From an uncultured Thermococci archaeon (lineage in GTDB: Archaea > Methanobacteriota_B > Thermococci > Methanofastidiosales > Methanofastidiosaceae), in NCBI GenBank assembly GCA_964500005.1, contig CAZCMP010000002.1:64934-128933 (forward strand): a DNA stretch of 64,000 nucleotides, written 5' to 3'. The first letter of the stretch is position 1; each line of letters begins with the position of its first letter. Both the position numbers and the translations under genes were made by a program. Below the pieces are notes generated by a model that searched no databases, was not told where the DNA came from, and saw only the letters and a program-made list of their open reading frames with translations. Below are positions 41,432 through 51,830 of the stretch, piece after piece.

Positions 41432-41911
41432 TTATTTAATTATGTTATCATATTTTCCTTCTTTTATCTCATTTTGCACTACTCTTGGATCTTTTCCTTC
41501 GCAGGTTACACCCATTGAAATACACGTTCCAAGAATCTCTTTAACTACGCCTGCAATACTAGGAGATAGTGAAGAAGGTTCCTTCATCTTGGCAATTTTA
41601 ACAAGTGCCTCTATACTGATGTCACCAACTTTACTTGAAGATGGGGTGGAAGATCCCTTTTCTAATTTAAGATCTTTAAGAACTAATGCGGATACTGGAG
41701 GAACGCCGACTTCAACTCTAAAGTTCTTTTTTTCGTCAACAAATATTTTCACAGGTACTTTCATTCCTTGAAAATCCTTTGTTTTCTCGTTAATTTCGGC
41801 GACAACCTTTCCGACATTAATACCAAGTGGACCTAAAGCAGGGCCTAAAGGTGGGCCTGCAGTAGCCTTTCCTCCATCAACAAGTGAGGTAACAGATCTC
41901 TCTTTTCCCAT
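41432..41911 (-). CDS. rpl11: 50S ribosomal protein L11
   Basis: 159 aa with the L11 N-terminal domain (KVPVKIFVDEKKNFRVEVGVPPVSAL) and a PPxGPxLG-like motif (GPPLGPALGPLGIN). Confidence 0.9.
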   Translation of the reverse strand: MGKERSVTSLVDGGKATAGPPLGPALGPLGINVGKVVAEINEKTKDFQGMKVPVKIFVDEKKNFRVEVGVPPVSALVLKDLKLEKGSSTPSSSKVGDISIEALVKIAKMKEPSSLSPSIAGVVKEILGTCISMGVTCEGKDPRVVQNEIKEGKYDNIIK

Positions 41912-41921
41912 TATATCACCA

Positions 41922-42413
41922 CTAACTCTTTTTCTCTATAATCCTGACATAATCTCCTTTGACAGTAACTGGTATCGGAACCATTGCTTCAAGAAGTTCA
42001 ACTGTAAGTTCTTCTTTTCCTTTATCTACCCTTATTATCTTAGCTTTTTCGCCCTTAAATGGACCTGCTATTAACTCCACAATGTCTCCTTTAGCAAGAC
42101 CAGTTACCGATGGCTTAGCCTCTAAGAAATGTGTAATTTCATCAAAGGCAATTTTACCCTCAAGGATCCCTCTTACATTTCGAAGGCCTTGAATGGCTTC
42201 CTCTACAGCCCCTTTATCAATCGCCTCAATGAATACATACCCTTTTAAAGTTTCTGGTGCTAAAACTGCATAAACTTTAAGGTTGTTAGTTTTAACTTTC
42301 CCCTCTATCATCTTTGCTACATTCTGTTCTTGATTAACAGCTACCTTTAAGGCAAAGATTGGATTCTCGTCATCATCCATTACATTCTCTCCCGCGACAA
42401 CAACAAAAAACAA
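41922..42413 (-). CDS. spt5: Transcription elongation factor Spt5 (NusG homolog)
   Basis: 163 aa with an NGN domain plus a KOW motif (GDIVELIAGPFKGEKAKIIRVD). Confidence 0.85.
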   Translation of the reverse strand: MFFVVVAGENVMDDDENPIFALKVAVNQEQNVAKMIEGKVKTNNLKVYAVLAPETLKGYVFIEAIDKGAVEEAIQGLRNVRGILEGKIAFDEITHFLEAKPSVTGLAKGDIVELIAGPFKGEKAKIIRVDKGKEELTVELLEAMVPIPVTVKGDYVRIIEKKS

Positions 42414-42455
42414 AGGTACTCAAAGATTTAAAAAGTTTAGCCTTGTAAAAAGGAA

Positions 42456-42659
42456 TTAAGCTCCAAAACTCTGTACTATAACTGAAAAGAATTTAAGTAC
42501 GTAACCAATTACTCCAATCAAAACTATTCCAAGTGCAGTAACTTTTGATGTAAGCAAATATTCCTTCCTTCCAGGCTTTTTGGCAAGCTTAAGTACTCTT
42601 GTGTACTCGGAAACCCGACTTCTTGCTCGTTCTTTAGTCTTTAAATTAACCTCTGCCAT
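42456..42659 (-). CDS. secE: Protein translocase subunit SecE (Sec61 gamma)
   Basis: 67 aa with a single C-terminal TM. The secE-spt5-rpl11 order is conserved. Confidence 0.7.
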   Translation of the reverse strand: MAEVNLKTKERARSRVSEYTRVLKLAKKPGRKEYLLTSKVTALGIVLIGVIGYVLKFFSVIVQSFGA

Positions 42660-42683
42660 GAAGGTAATTATTAAGAATCCTTT

Positions 42684-43805
42684 TTAAATGTATTCTATTC
42701 CAAGATCTATTCCTCTAACAGGGGTTTCGCTTTCAATGAGCATCTCAGTTTCTTTTCTTCCGAATATGTATGGTGATTTGACTCCTGATAGAACTACCAT
42801 TACTCTAAGTCCATTTTTGATCTCTTCGTTTATCATTGCACCCCAAATAACTTGGGCATCTGGCTCAAGCTCATTTGTTACATGCTCTACAATCTTTTCT
42901 GCTTCTTCTAATTTCATATTAGAGCTTCCGGTTATGTTAATCAATGCTCCTTTGGCACCTGTTACATCTACATCGATTAGAGGGCTACTCAAAGCTTCAG
43001 TTATAGCTTCTTTTGCTCTATTTTCAGTGTCGGATTCTCCCATACCTATCATTGCCACGTCTCCTTCCCTCATTACAGATCTAACATCTGCGAAGTCAAC
43101 GTTTACTAATCCGGGCTTTGTAATTAATTCAGCTATCCCCCCAACAGCCCTTATAAGAATATCATCAGAAACTTTAAAAGCTGCATTTATGGGTAAACCT
43201 GGAGCTATATCCAGTAATTTATCATTCGGTATTACTATTACGGTATCGGTAACTTTTCTTAATCTTTCTAGTCCTTTTTCCGCATTTCTTTGTCTTCTTA
43301 AACCTTCAACAGTAAAAGGTAAAGTGACTACAGCAACAGTAAGCGCCCCAAGTTTTTTAGCAATTTCTGCTATTACTGGTGCAGAACCAGTTCCAGTACC
43401 TCCGCCTAAACCACATGTAACGAAAACCATATCGCTTCCTTCAAGGACGTCTTTAATTGTTCTTTCATCTTCTCTAGCAGATTCTTCACCCATTTTAGGG
43501 TCGTTGCCTGCTCCAAGTCCTCTTGTAACCTCTTTTCCAATCAAAATCTTTTTATCCGCTCTAGTGTCCAACAAGTCTTGGGCATCAGTATTAACTGCTA
43601 CTGCTTCTACTCCAACTACCCCAATTTCCATTAATCTGTCAATTGCATTGGAGCCAGCTCCTCCTGTTCCTATTACTTTAATCTTAGCTCTTGATTCCCT
43701 GAGTACTCTTTCAAGTTCCTCATCTACAGAAGTATAGCGATGATCTTTAACTATTTCTTTCTCTGTTACCGCCCTCTCAATAGCATCTTCAATAACAGAC
43801 CTCAT
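42684..43805 (-). CDS. ftsZ: Cell division GTPase FtsZ
   Basis: 373 aa with the tubulin/FtsZ signature [20 protein letters not shown] and the T7 loop region. Confidence 0.9.
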   Translation of the reverse strand: MRSVIEDAIERAVTEKEIVKDHRYTSVDEELERVLRESRAKIKVIGTGGAGSNAIDRLMEIGVVGVEAVAVNTDAQDLLDTRADKKILIGKEVTRGLGAGNDPKMGEESAREDERTIKDVLEGSDMVFVTCGLGGGTGTGSAPVIAEIAKKLGALTVAVVTLPFTVEGLRRQRNAEKGLERLRKVTDTVIVIPNDKLLDIAPGLPINAAFKVSDDILIRAVGGIAELITKPGLVNVDFADVRSVMREGDVAMIGMGESDTENRAKEAITEALSSPLIDVDVTGAKGALINITGSSNMKLEEAEKIVEHVTNELEPDAQVIWGAMINEEIKNGLRVMVVLSGVKSPYIFGRKETEMLIESETPVRGIDLGIEYI

Positions 43806-43942
43806 TTAAATCCCCCTTATTATTAATGTAGTTACTTATTATTGGTAACATAAAACTCCTAGTTGTAATCTATATATGTTAATAGTATATAAAGCTTTTG
43901 CTTAATAATGATAGTTATAATGCTACTCTTTAGTGGTAATCC

Positions 43943-44782
43943 TTATTCTTTTACAATATCACTTGTTTTGACAAATGATATACCTCTATTTGTGAGTTTG
44001 TCTTTTAAAGTTGACCGTTCCTTAATGCCCTTCAAGTCTAAAAGAACCATATCTAGATGCCCACTTTTATTTATTAATTCAGAAAGTATTGAATCTGCAA
44101 CAGGAGTATTATATTTTGCTATTACGTGGCCTATTGCAATATCAGTATTCAACATTATTTCGGTAAATTTGGGGCAATAATGGCCACCGCCTATCCCTGC
44201 AGCGATCCTAAAAGATTTTTTACTATCGTTATATGAAAGAGATTTATAAATTGCTGAAGCGATTACTTCTCCGGCTTCTATTATACTCCAATGAGTTTCA
44301 TCACTTCCTATTTCAATAAAAGTTGTAGGAAGTCCTGTTAGAGGGCCATGGTGTGTGGCTTCGAGAGAAACTTCAAATGACGTTTCAAGTTCTTTTGATA
44401 AATTCATAATTTCATTTAATACTATTTTTTGAAATATTGGATTGGATGGCGAAACTTGGCCATCTTTGCCTCCGTAATCTGCTTTTCCAAAATTTCCAGG
44501 TGTATGGCATGTCAATGTTGGTATTTTTGTAACTGATTTGTGTCTTGTTGCAAAAAAAATGGAATCAATAGTTCCAAGATAGTAATCCTTAATTTCTTCT
44601 CGGATAATGATTTCTGGAAAGTCGGTATAAATAGTTTCATTCTTAATTTTTACGAGTAATGTGTCTTTTTTTTTATCGTAATGATAATGATTTTCAAGTT
44701 TTTCAAAAGGATAGTTTTGAAGTAATTTTTCTCGAATATTTTCCCCAGCTTTATCTAATTCTGAGCTTATTATTAATTTCAT
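43943..44782 (-). CDS. dtdA: Archaeal-type D-aminoacyl-tRNA deacylase (DtdA family)
   Basis: 279 aa. The overall pattern resembles the PF04414 archaeal DTD family (HTPGNFG...HHGP). This call rests on recalled family features only. Confidence 0.45.
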   Translation of the reverse strand: MKLIISSELDKAGENIREKLLQNYPFEKLENHYHYDKKKDTLLVKIKNETIYTDFPEIIIREEIKDYYLGTIDSIFFATRHKSVTKIPTLTCHTPGNFGKADYGGKDGQVSPSNPIFQKIVLNEIMNLSKELETSFEVSLEATHHGPLTGLPTTFIEIGSDETHWSIIEAGEVIASAIYKSLSYNDSKKSFRIAAGIGGGHYCPKFTEIMLNTDIAIGHVIAKYNTPVADSILSELINKSGHLDMVLLDLKGIKERSTLKDKLTNRGISFVKTSDIVKE

Positions 44783-44846
44783 CTATAAACCCCAAAGATT
44801 AAAAATAACCACACTTATAATGTTTATAAATTTAATGAGGATATAA

Positions 44847-45416
44847 ATGGATCCTGAGCTAAAAAGAAAATTATTCCACGAGATCGGATTGCTAATTCCT
44901 ATAGTCTATATTTTTTTTGATAAGAAGGATGATGCAATATTTGTAATGTCAATCGTAGTTTTAATTTTCATATTTATGGAATTTTTGAGATTAAGGTACA
45001 ATTTTGGAAATGATTTTATACCAAAAGTTGTGGGAAAAACAGTTAGAGACTATGAAAAAGTTGAGCTATCTGCTGCAACATATTTTATCATTTCCTCATT
45101 TTTTACAGTCCTCCTTTTTGAAAAATACATTGCTATCGCTGCTATAAGCTACAATTCCATAGGGGATCTTTTTTCGGCCGTAATTGGGAAGAAGTATGGA
45201 AAAAGAAAATATATGGGTGGAAAGAAATCTTTAGAAGGAAGTCTTGCATGTTTTATGTCTTGTCTTATTATTGGACTTTTGATATTTAATCCAATGGTAG
45301 CTATAGCGGGCGCAATTGCTGCTACGTTTGCTGAGGGGTACCTCATCAAAGTAAATGATAATTTAACGATACCAATACTATCTGGGATAGTTCTTACCCT
45401 TGTATCTTTTCTTTGA
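44847..45416 (+). CDS. CTP-dependent polyprenol/dolichol kinase or CDP-archaeol synthase family membrane protein
   Basis: 189 aa, 5-6 TM. The N-terminus KRKLFH is the dolichol/phytol-kinase hallmark. The C-terminal motif GDLFSAVIGKKYGKRKY...KSLEGSLACF is a CTP-transferase motif. Confidence 0.5.
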   Translation: MDPELKRKLFHEIGLLIPIVYIFFDKKDDAIFVMSIVVLIFIFMEFLRLRYNFGNDFIPKVVGKTVRDYEKVELSAATYFIISSFFTVLLFEKYIAIAAISYNSIGDLFSAVIGKKYGKRKYMGGKKSLEGSLACFMSCLIIGLLIFNPMVAIAGAIAATFAEGYLIKVNDNLTIPILSGIVLTLVSFL

Positions 45417-47061
45417 AAAAGTCAAATATTGTCGATATATCGATTTCAAATGCAGAAACTGGCATTTCAAGTTTGAAATTATATAAAACTTCAGGATTTA
45501 ATTCTCCCATTTTTCCGATATATTTTCCATTAATCTCTATAGAACAAGACCTTCCTGCAATGAAAAAAGGATAATCTTCTTCTTTTACGGAATATTCAAG
45601 CCCTAATGAGGATATTAGACCATTAAATACTCCTTTTATTTCGGAGAAATTTGCCTTTGGGTGACATATTGCACATGAGAGATATTGTCTTTCTATTAAA
45701 TTTTGGTCCGGTACAACTATTCCAACTTCAAATATATTCTGGGGATATTCATAGTGTGAATTAGAAACTAATGTTTTGATTAAAAGAGGCAATAAACTAC
45801 TTCTTATTGTATCAAATTCTGTATTTACTGCATTTCTAGTCTTTACAAGTTTTCTTGTATTGTCAAGCATTTTAGTAATTAAAACATCTTCATTTGAAAG
45901 AATGTAATTTTTAACTTCAAAGAAATTAAATCCTATCATTAAATCTTCTATTTTTCTTACGAAAATCTCGATAGGGTTTTCTTCTCCAATGGTTGCTATT
46001 TTTGGTATTTCCGGGATGAAATTTTCAAATCCATATGAGATTGAGATGTCCTCAACTAAATCTATGGGGTGTAGAATATCTGCCCTATAGGCAGGGATTT
46101 CTACAACAATTTTACCCTTAGATTTTGATGAGACCCCATATCTCATTTTTCTTAATAGATCTGCTGTTTCATTTTCAGATAAATTAAGTCCAAGAATTTT
46201 ATTTGAATATGAAGTTTCTAGTTCCATTTTTTTCCTATTTAAATCAGGGTAGATTAAATCTTTTCCTTCGTCATTTAATTTAATAGAATATATTTCTGCG
46301 CCCCTAATGAAAAGCCCCATCAGTATTATATTCAAAGCGTATTCAATGCTTTCTCTATGTGTTCCAGTGATGTCTATGAAAAGATTATTTGTTTTTTCAG
46401 TGACTTTTGTATGGTCTCCATTAATTATTGGTGGCATTGATAAAATTTGGCCAGCCTTATCTATCCAAACGGGACATTCCTTAAATTCTGACAAGAGATG
46501 TGCATAAGCTATTCCCTTAGGATGAATTTTTAGTATTTCATCTATAGTAAGATTTTTATCAAATTCTAGAGGGATAAATGAGAAATTTCTGGGCATCGTT
46601 GTGTATTTAATGGGGAATTTAATAGCATCTAAATCGTGCACCCCTATTGCAACTTTTTTTCTATTTCTCCCATGAGTAATATGAAGTTTTTCTTGGATTT
46701 GCATTAATGATCTAATAGTATTATCATCAAAATTTATACCTTTGACAATCGCACCGACTGCAAAAGGTCTTACAGATTTGACTTTTGGATCAACTACCCC
46801 CTCATAATTTGATTTATGAACTTTAAAGTCGACTGGGCCTTCCTCTATACCCATAAAGCCCTTCAATGCAGTAGTAAATCCTTCAATAGATAGCATATCC
46901 GGCCTATCTGGAAAAACTTCAACAACTATCTCCGGATTTACTGTTTCCAAGTCAGTACCAATCATGGATATTCTGTCACTCAACGTTTTGTCATCGACAG
47001 TCTTTCCTAGTAAGGATATGAATTCACTCTTATCAAAATTAACAGTTGGCATCTTAATCAT
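45394..47061 (-). CDS. pheT: Phenylalanyl-tRNA synthetase beta subunit (archaeal type)
   Basis: 555 aa with a B3/B4 plus B5 architecture of archaeal length. It directly follows pheS with a 4-nt overlap. Confidence 0.88.
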   Translation of the reverse strand: MIKMPTVNFDKSEFISLLGKTVDDKTLSDRISMIGTDLETVNPEIVVEVFPDRPDMLSIEGFTTALKGFMGIEEGPVDFKVHKSNYEGVVDPKVKSVRPFAVGAIVKGINFDDNTIRSLMQIQEKLHITHGRNRKKVAIGVHDLDAIKFPIKYTTMPRNFSFIPLEFDKNLTIDEILKIHPKGIAYAHLLSEFKECPVWIDKAGQILSMPPIINGDHTKVTEKTNNLFIDITGTHRESIEYALNIILMGLFIRGAEIYSIKLNDEGKDLIYPDLNRKKMELETSYSNKILGLNLSENETADLLRKMRYGVSSKSKGKIVVEIPAYRADILHPIDLVEDISISYGFENFIPEIPKIATIGEENPIEIFVRKIEDLMIGFNFFEVKNYILSNEDVLITKMLDNTRKLVKTRNAVNTEFDTIRSSLLPLLIKTLVSNSHYEYPQNIFEVGIVVPDQNLIERQYLSCAICHPKANFSEIKGVFNGLISSLGLEYSVKEEDYPFFIAGRSCSIEINGKYIGKMGELNPEVLYNFKLEMPVSAFEIDISTIFDFFKEKIQG

Positions 47062-48557
47062 CCTTTAATCCAAATGGGTAATTTTCTCATCATTTCAAGG
47101 TCATTCGTATACTTCTGTCTGATATCAGTTAAATTGTAATATTCCATGATAAGTCGTCCAAATCCAGGCCCCCATGCAAGCACAGGAATATCTTTGCCCA
47201 AAAAAGGAACAACTACTTCAGGTCTAAAAATCCCCGCACCTAAAAGTTCTACCCATTCACCTTTATTTTTATTATATACATCTACCTCGATACTTGGTTC
47301 TGTGTAAGGGAAATATGCAGGTCTAAACCTTATTTTAGAATGGCCCATTTTATTTAAGAAACGTTTAAGGTATCCAAGAAGATGTTTAAAGTTAGCATCT
47401 TCATCTACTACTATCCCGTCCGTCTGATAAAATTCAAAAAGATGTTTCCAGTCAAGCTTTTCATTTCTAAATACTTTACCAACTGAAAAGAATTTTGCAG
47501 GCAAATCTTCAGATTTTAGATTGCTGAGGGTTCTTACAGATAAGGAAGTGGTGTGAGTTCTTAGAACATATTCTTCACTTGTTTTCTTATCCCAATTGTA
47601 GCCCCAGCCTTTTGAGTTTATGTCGCCTCCATGCTCATGCATAGCACAAATTTTTTCCGATAATCTTGATTCAATTTGCCCAAATCTGGGAAATTCAACG
47701 AAAAATGTATCTTGCATATCCCTAGCGGGATGATCCTGAGGTTGAAACAGCGCATCAAAAACCCAGAAAGATGTATCGATCATTGGGCCTGACATTTCTT
47801 TAAATCCCATCTCGAGCCATATTTTTCGGATATACTCTATTGCCTGATTTACAAAATGTTTTCTAGATGGGTACAATACTTTAACCTCTGAGGACACATC
47901 AAATCTCTTCAAACTGATATTTCTCCAGTTTTGATTTTTTATCATTTCAGGTGTTAATTCTGAGATTTCTTCTGTTATTTCTAGTCCTTTAGATACTTCT
48001 TCTTTTCCTAATTCAGTGAGATACACTTTTCTTACCGTATCTAATTTCTTTTCAACAAGTTTCCTTTTTACCAGAATATTTAACAAATTATCGTTAACTT
48101 TCTTTTTTTTAGAGATATCCTCTAGAGCTATTTCTTCAGGAGAGTTTTCATTCAAAGCTTTTATTCCTTTGTCTGTCAAAGAAAAAGACAGAGAATTATC
48201 AATTTTCTGGATAGATATCCATCCATTTCTTCTTGCTATCCCTATTGCAATATTTCTTTCTTCTTCAGAAAGTTCAATTTTATTTAAAGGAAGATTATCT
48301 AGGATTGCTTTGATAAATATTTTTTCTATTAGTCCTTTGGAGATACTTGTTTTGCCTTCATTTGTGAGTATGAAATTACTAACTCCTTTTTCATCAACTA
48401 GTACTAGATTCTTACTTGATAAATAAAGAAGTGTTCTCATTACTGCTACTTCAGGTAATTTAGATATCTTTGATATTTCCTCGGGATTAGATTCTCCATT
48501 TAAATCATTAAGTACTCCCAGAATTATCTTTTCTTGCTTTGAAAGCATTAAATTCAC
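47058..48557 (-). CDS. pheS: Phenylalanyl-tRNA synthetase alpha subunit
   Basis: 499 aa with class II aaRS motifs 2/3 in the C-terminal half (FRPAYFPYTEPS; GAGIFRPEVV; GFGRL). Confidence 0.9.
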   Translation of the reverse strand: MNLMLSKQEKIILGVLNDLNGESNPEEISKISKLPEVAVMRTLLYLSSKNLVLVDEKGVSNFILTNEGKTSISKGLIEKIFIKAILDNLPLNKIELSEEERNIAIGIARRNGWISIQKIDNSLSFSLTDKGIKALNENSPEEIALEDISKKKKVNDNLLNILVKRKLVEKKLDTVRKVYLTELGKEEVSKGLEITEEISELTPEMIKNQNWRNISLKRFDVSSEVKVLYPSRKHFVNQAIEYIRKIWLEMGFKEMSGPMIDTSFWVFDALFQPQDHPARDMQDTFFVEFPRFGQIESRLSEKICAMHEHGGDINSKGWGYNWDKKTSEEYVLRTHTTSLSVRTLSNLKSEDLPAKFFSVGKVFRNEKLDWKHLFEFYQTDGIVVDEDANFKHLLGYLKRFLNKMGHSKIRFRPAYFPYTEPSIEVDVYNKNKGEWVELLGAGIFRPEVVVPFLGKDIPVLAWGPGFGRLIMEYYNLTDIRQKYTNDLEMMRKLPIWIKG

Positions 48558-49063
48558 TTCTTAATCTTCTTAAATTCAATAACACACGGCCCGCCATTTT
48601 TAAACTGTGGTTTATATTCCCACTTCTTTGATTCGCCGGGTTTTGAATGTTCTATTGCTCCAAGCATAGAAATAGCCCTAAGACACGCTAATTTTTCGAT
48701 TTTATCGTCATTAACTAACATGTTGCAATGCTCATTGTAAGGACATTTAAACACTGTATAAATGAAATTTTCGCTATCGCCCTCAATTTTATGATCTTTA
48801 ATATTCATGAAACCAGTTTTAGAAACTTCTTCCAAATACATCTTAGCAGCGTCAAATCCTTCAAGATCATATTTAAAATCTGCTCCAAGCTCTTTCCACT
48901 TATCAATAAAAGGTTTTAGAGAAATAATAATCCATTGCCTATAAAATGCTTCAGGTTTACCAAAAAAACTATTTGCTGTTTTTTCTATACCATAAACCCA
49001 TGCGTTCATAACAGTCATTACAGCATCTATTTTTCTCTTCTCATCTCCACATGTGTCAGACAA
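48554..49063 (-). CDS. Hypothetical protein translationally coupled to pheS
   Basis: 169 aa with several Cys/His (CPYNEHC, ACLRAI, CVIEF). It overlaps the pheS start by 4 nt. No family recognised. Confidence 0.4.
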   Translation of the reverse strand: MSDTCGDEKRKIDAVMTVMNAWVYGIEKTANSFFGKPEAFYRQWIIISLKPFIDKWKELGADFKYDLEGFDAAKMYLEEVSKTGFMNIKDHKIEGDSENFIYTVFKCPYNEHCNMLVNDDKIEKLACLRAISMLGAIEHSKPGESKKWEYKPQFKNGGPCVIEFKKIKK

Positions 49064-49447
49064 TTAAAATCACCTACTAATCTGCATAATGGACGAATAA
49101 TTGTTTATAAATCTTTTCTAATAAATAATTCTATAAATATTAAATAATTAAAGAAAAAATACTTAAATGGGAGGTATCAGCATTTAATATTTGTCAATGG
49201 AGAATTTTTTATGTTGAGTTACGATTATATAGTTTTCTTAAACAATTTATTTGTATTAGTCTATTTGTATGGTGGAAATTGAGGTATGATATTATTGCAC
49301 TTTTAGTCTTCCTAACATTGCCTTTGAAAGGAATAGTGCCTATATCAAGTGCGTTTTATAGATTTAGTAATCCTGTGGTAGTCACTATTAATAAATAATA
49401 GCAAAGTTTTAAAATAAAAAACTAAAATGAATATATAGTTGATTTTT

Positions 49448-50053
49448 ATGATCGGAAGGAATACACATATGGTCCAATGTAGAATGGGCGGCGGTATGGG
49501 TCTTGGAGGAGGACTTGCACAAAGGGGTACTTTTGCAGATGCGGGTAGGGACATTATAGCAGTGGCAATGAGCCCCGGAAGAAGGCATATTACTAAGCCT
49601 ATATGCGAGATAACTTATGCGATGAGAGAAGCGGGGATTAAAACAAGTGTTATGGTATTAAATGCGGGCAATGGTGTTCCTCCCGAAGCTCCTGCATCAG
49701 GAGTGAGCGTTCTATTTGGTATCGAAGAAAAAGAAATTGAAATATTAAATGAATTTAAGCTTGCAATAATACATCTCGGAAATATTAGAACACATGTTGT
49801 CTACAAAGCCAAATTTATTCTAGACCTTGCTCCAGTTGATGCAATAATTGCATGCCAAGCACCTGTTGTTTTTGAAGATTTTGAGAAAATAGGAGTAAAG
49901 ACTATTAATAACGATAAAGGAACTACAAAAGGAAGAGTAGTCGATATAGTTAATGGTATAATAAGAGGCCAAAGTTGCCCTCAAGAAAAACTTGACGAAA
50001 TTATTTCAAAAGTAAAAAGAAACGTTCATCATGATAGCAATAGTATTCGATAA
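49448..50053 (+). CDS. mcrC: Methyl-coenzyme M reductase operon protein C (stand-alone)
   Basis: The McrC signature runs throughout (MIGRNTHMVQCR...GGGLAQRGTFA...VAMSPGRRHITKPICEIT...GIKTSVMVLNAGNGVPPEAP). The start is placed at the ATG matching the McrC N-terminus MIGRxTH. The ORF track starts 3 codons earlier. Confidence 0.85.
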   Translation: MIGRNTHMVQCRMGGGMGLGGGLAQRGTFADAGRDIIAVAMSPGRRHITKPICEITYAMREAGIKTSVMVLNAGNGVPPEAPASGVSVLFGIEEKEIEILNEFKLAIIHLGNIRTHVVYKAKFILDLAPVDAIIACQAPVVFEDFEKIGVKTINNDKGTTKGRVVDIVNGIIRGQSCPQEKLDEIISKVKRNVHHDSNSIR

Positions 50054-50831
50054 ATCTGGAACACTTATTGATACCAAAAGAGTATCAAAAGATTTGGAAA
50101 AAAATGATTTTATTTATCACAAATCATGTCTAGAGCTAATTGAAGATAATCCAGATCTTTTTCTAGTGACAATATCAACTGATCCAAGATGTACATTTTT
50201 ACAAGAAGACCCTAAAAAAGATCTCAAACGTTCAATTAAAGAACTAAATATAGGATTTGAAGTGGTCTATAAAGGTGCTAACGCAACTGTAGACAAAAAC
50301 AAAATACTTGAGTGGGCAGAAAAAATAACTATTGGAGAAGTTAATGAAACTCTAAAAAAACTAAAAAAAGAATTTGATATTTGTACATTAGTTGGATGTG
50401 GAATTGTTGCAAATTCTAAAAAAGAAAAAATAATCTATTTAGTAGCCTCTTCTGGGAAAATAAAAGAAGGTGTTTTTGAATTATTTGATTTCTTACAATC
50501 AGAAGGAATGGACATTTATCTTGCAACAGGGGATAATCCTTGTTCAGTATACCCTCTCGCAAAAAGACTTGGCATAATGGATAATTTTGTTTTCCCGCAA
50601 GTAGACCCAGACGGAAAGAGAAAAATTATATCAAATCTAAAAAAGACCTATGAGCAAGTGATAATGGTGGGTGATGATATTAATGATAAAGGCGCTTTTG
50701 AAGAGGCCGATTTAAGTTTTTTAATATTGGAAAGCGACGCAAAGAGAAAAAATGAGTTAAAAACAATAGTGGATTATACAATAAGCGAACCCTTAGAGAT
50801 AAGGGGTATACTAAAGAGATTCAAGATTTAG
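50031..50831 (+). CDS. HAD-superfamily 'soluble P-type ATPase-like' hydrolase
   Basis: 266 aa with HAD motif I (VFDKSGTL, similar to P-type ATPase DKTGTLT), a TGD-like motif (LATGDNP) and motif IV (MVGDDINDKGAFEEADL). It overlaps the mcrC 3' end by 23 nt. TAG stop. Confidence 0.6.
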   Translation: MIAIVFDKSGTLIDTKRVSKDLEKNDFIYHKSCLELIEDNPDLFLVTISTDPRCTFLQEDPKKDLKRSIKELNIGFEVVYKGANATVDKNKILEWAEKITIGEVNETLKKLKKEFDICTLVGCGIVANSKKEKIIYLVASSGKIKEGVFELFDFLQSEGMDIYLATGDNPCSVYPLAKRLGIMDNFVFPQVDPDGKRKIISNLKKTYEQVIMVGDDINDKGAFEEADLSFLILESDAKRKNELKTIVDYTISEPLEIRGILKRFKI

Positions 50832-51826
50832 AAGTACATATCGAGAGTTTTTTGTTTTAGAGTATTCTCAAGAGAAAATTCTATTCGTTCTATACCTTTT
50901 TCTACTCTAAGTTCAGAAAACTCATATTTGTCACATAGAATCTTTAATATTTTGTCTTTATCTGGTTTTTGAAAAGAAATATTATAATTATCAGAAACTT
51001 CTGGATTTAAAAATAGATTTAAAATTTGATCGAACTCCCCATATTCGCCAAATTTACCATCTTTTACTATCTCAATAGCTTTTTTTGGACCAATTCCTTT
51101 TATACCTCCAGGATTATAATCAGTCCCAATAAGTATGGCAGCTTCAATCAACTGCCTCCTTGAAATCTTGAGCGAATTTAAAACAATATCATTATCTATA
51201 ATTTCAGGCACAACATCAACAAACAAGTCCTTGCCAGGAACTTTTCTTTTACCCGATATTGTTAGATTTCTTACTAATGAGGGGGTTCCAAATAGAATTG
51301 AGTCATAATCCTGTGATGCAGATAAATCGGCATCGCCCTTTAGCACGACATGTGCAGCTTGGGCTTCACCTTCTGAAGGCGCTTCGATATAAGGAATCCC
51401 CATTGAATTCAAAAGTTCTTTAGAACTAGTTATCATATCGACTTTCAGAGAAGAAGTCATTTGAGAATATTTTTTTGCTTCTTTTAGATCTCCTCTCGAC
51501 TTAGCATCGATATATTTTTCCTTCGCTTCTTCTTTAATTTCTTTTCTTTTTTCAATTGTTTGAAATTTCAATTCAGGTGGTTTGCCATCGAAAACATAAA
51601 TCGGTCTAATCCCTTGTTCAATAAAATTAACAGTCCGATAAAAAAGACCCGATAAATGAGATGTTACTTCCCCTCCTGAATTTTTTAATGGTGTTCCATC
51701 TCTTTGTCTTATTATAGATAAAAATTGGTAAAGTGCGTTATATGCATCAATAGCAACGCTCTTACCTTTTAAATCAGAAATATCGATTTTCTGTTTGGGA
51801 ACTATTTCTCCCAGATTTACACCCAT
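50828..51826 (-). CDS. fen: Flap endonuclease FEN-1
   Basis: 332 aa with an XPG N/I-domain (MGVNLGEIVPKQKIDISDLKGKSVAIDAYNALYQFLS...) and H3TH (GIKGIGPKKA). Confidence 0.9.
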   Translation of the reverse strand: MGVNLGEIVPKQKIDISDLKGKSVAIDAYNALYQFLSIIRQRDGTPLKNSGGEVTSHLSGLFYRTVNFIEQGIRPIYVFDGKPPELKFQTIEKRKEIKEEAKEKYIDAKSRGDLKEAKKYSQMTSSLKVDMITSSKELLNSMGIPYIEAPSEGEAQAAHVVLKGDADLSASQDYDSILFGTPSLVRNLTISGKRKVPGKDLFVDVVPEIIDNDIVLNSLKISRRQLIEAAILIGTDYNPGGIKGIGPKKAIEIVKDGKFGEYGEFDQILNLFLNPEVSDNYNISFQKPDKDKILKILCDKYEFSELRVEKGIERIEFSLENTLKQKTLDMYF

Positions 51827-51830
51827 AAGG

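Noticed and set aside
42688-43737. 349-aa plus-strand ORF antisense to ftsZ, and similar antisense ORFs (14121-14759, 30836-31411, 41205-41771, 4817-5275, 11155-11544)
   Set aside because: Each is fully nested in and opposite to a strongly supported conserved gene. They have low-complexity Ser/Pro/Ile-rich translations typical of antisense frames in AT-rich DNA.
49064-49438. Small ORFs in the 375-bp mcrC upstream region, including the 69-aa minus-strand ORF 49345-49554
   Set aside because: AT-rich promoter and leader region. The ORFs are short, low-complexity, and overlap the mcrC 5' end.
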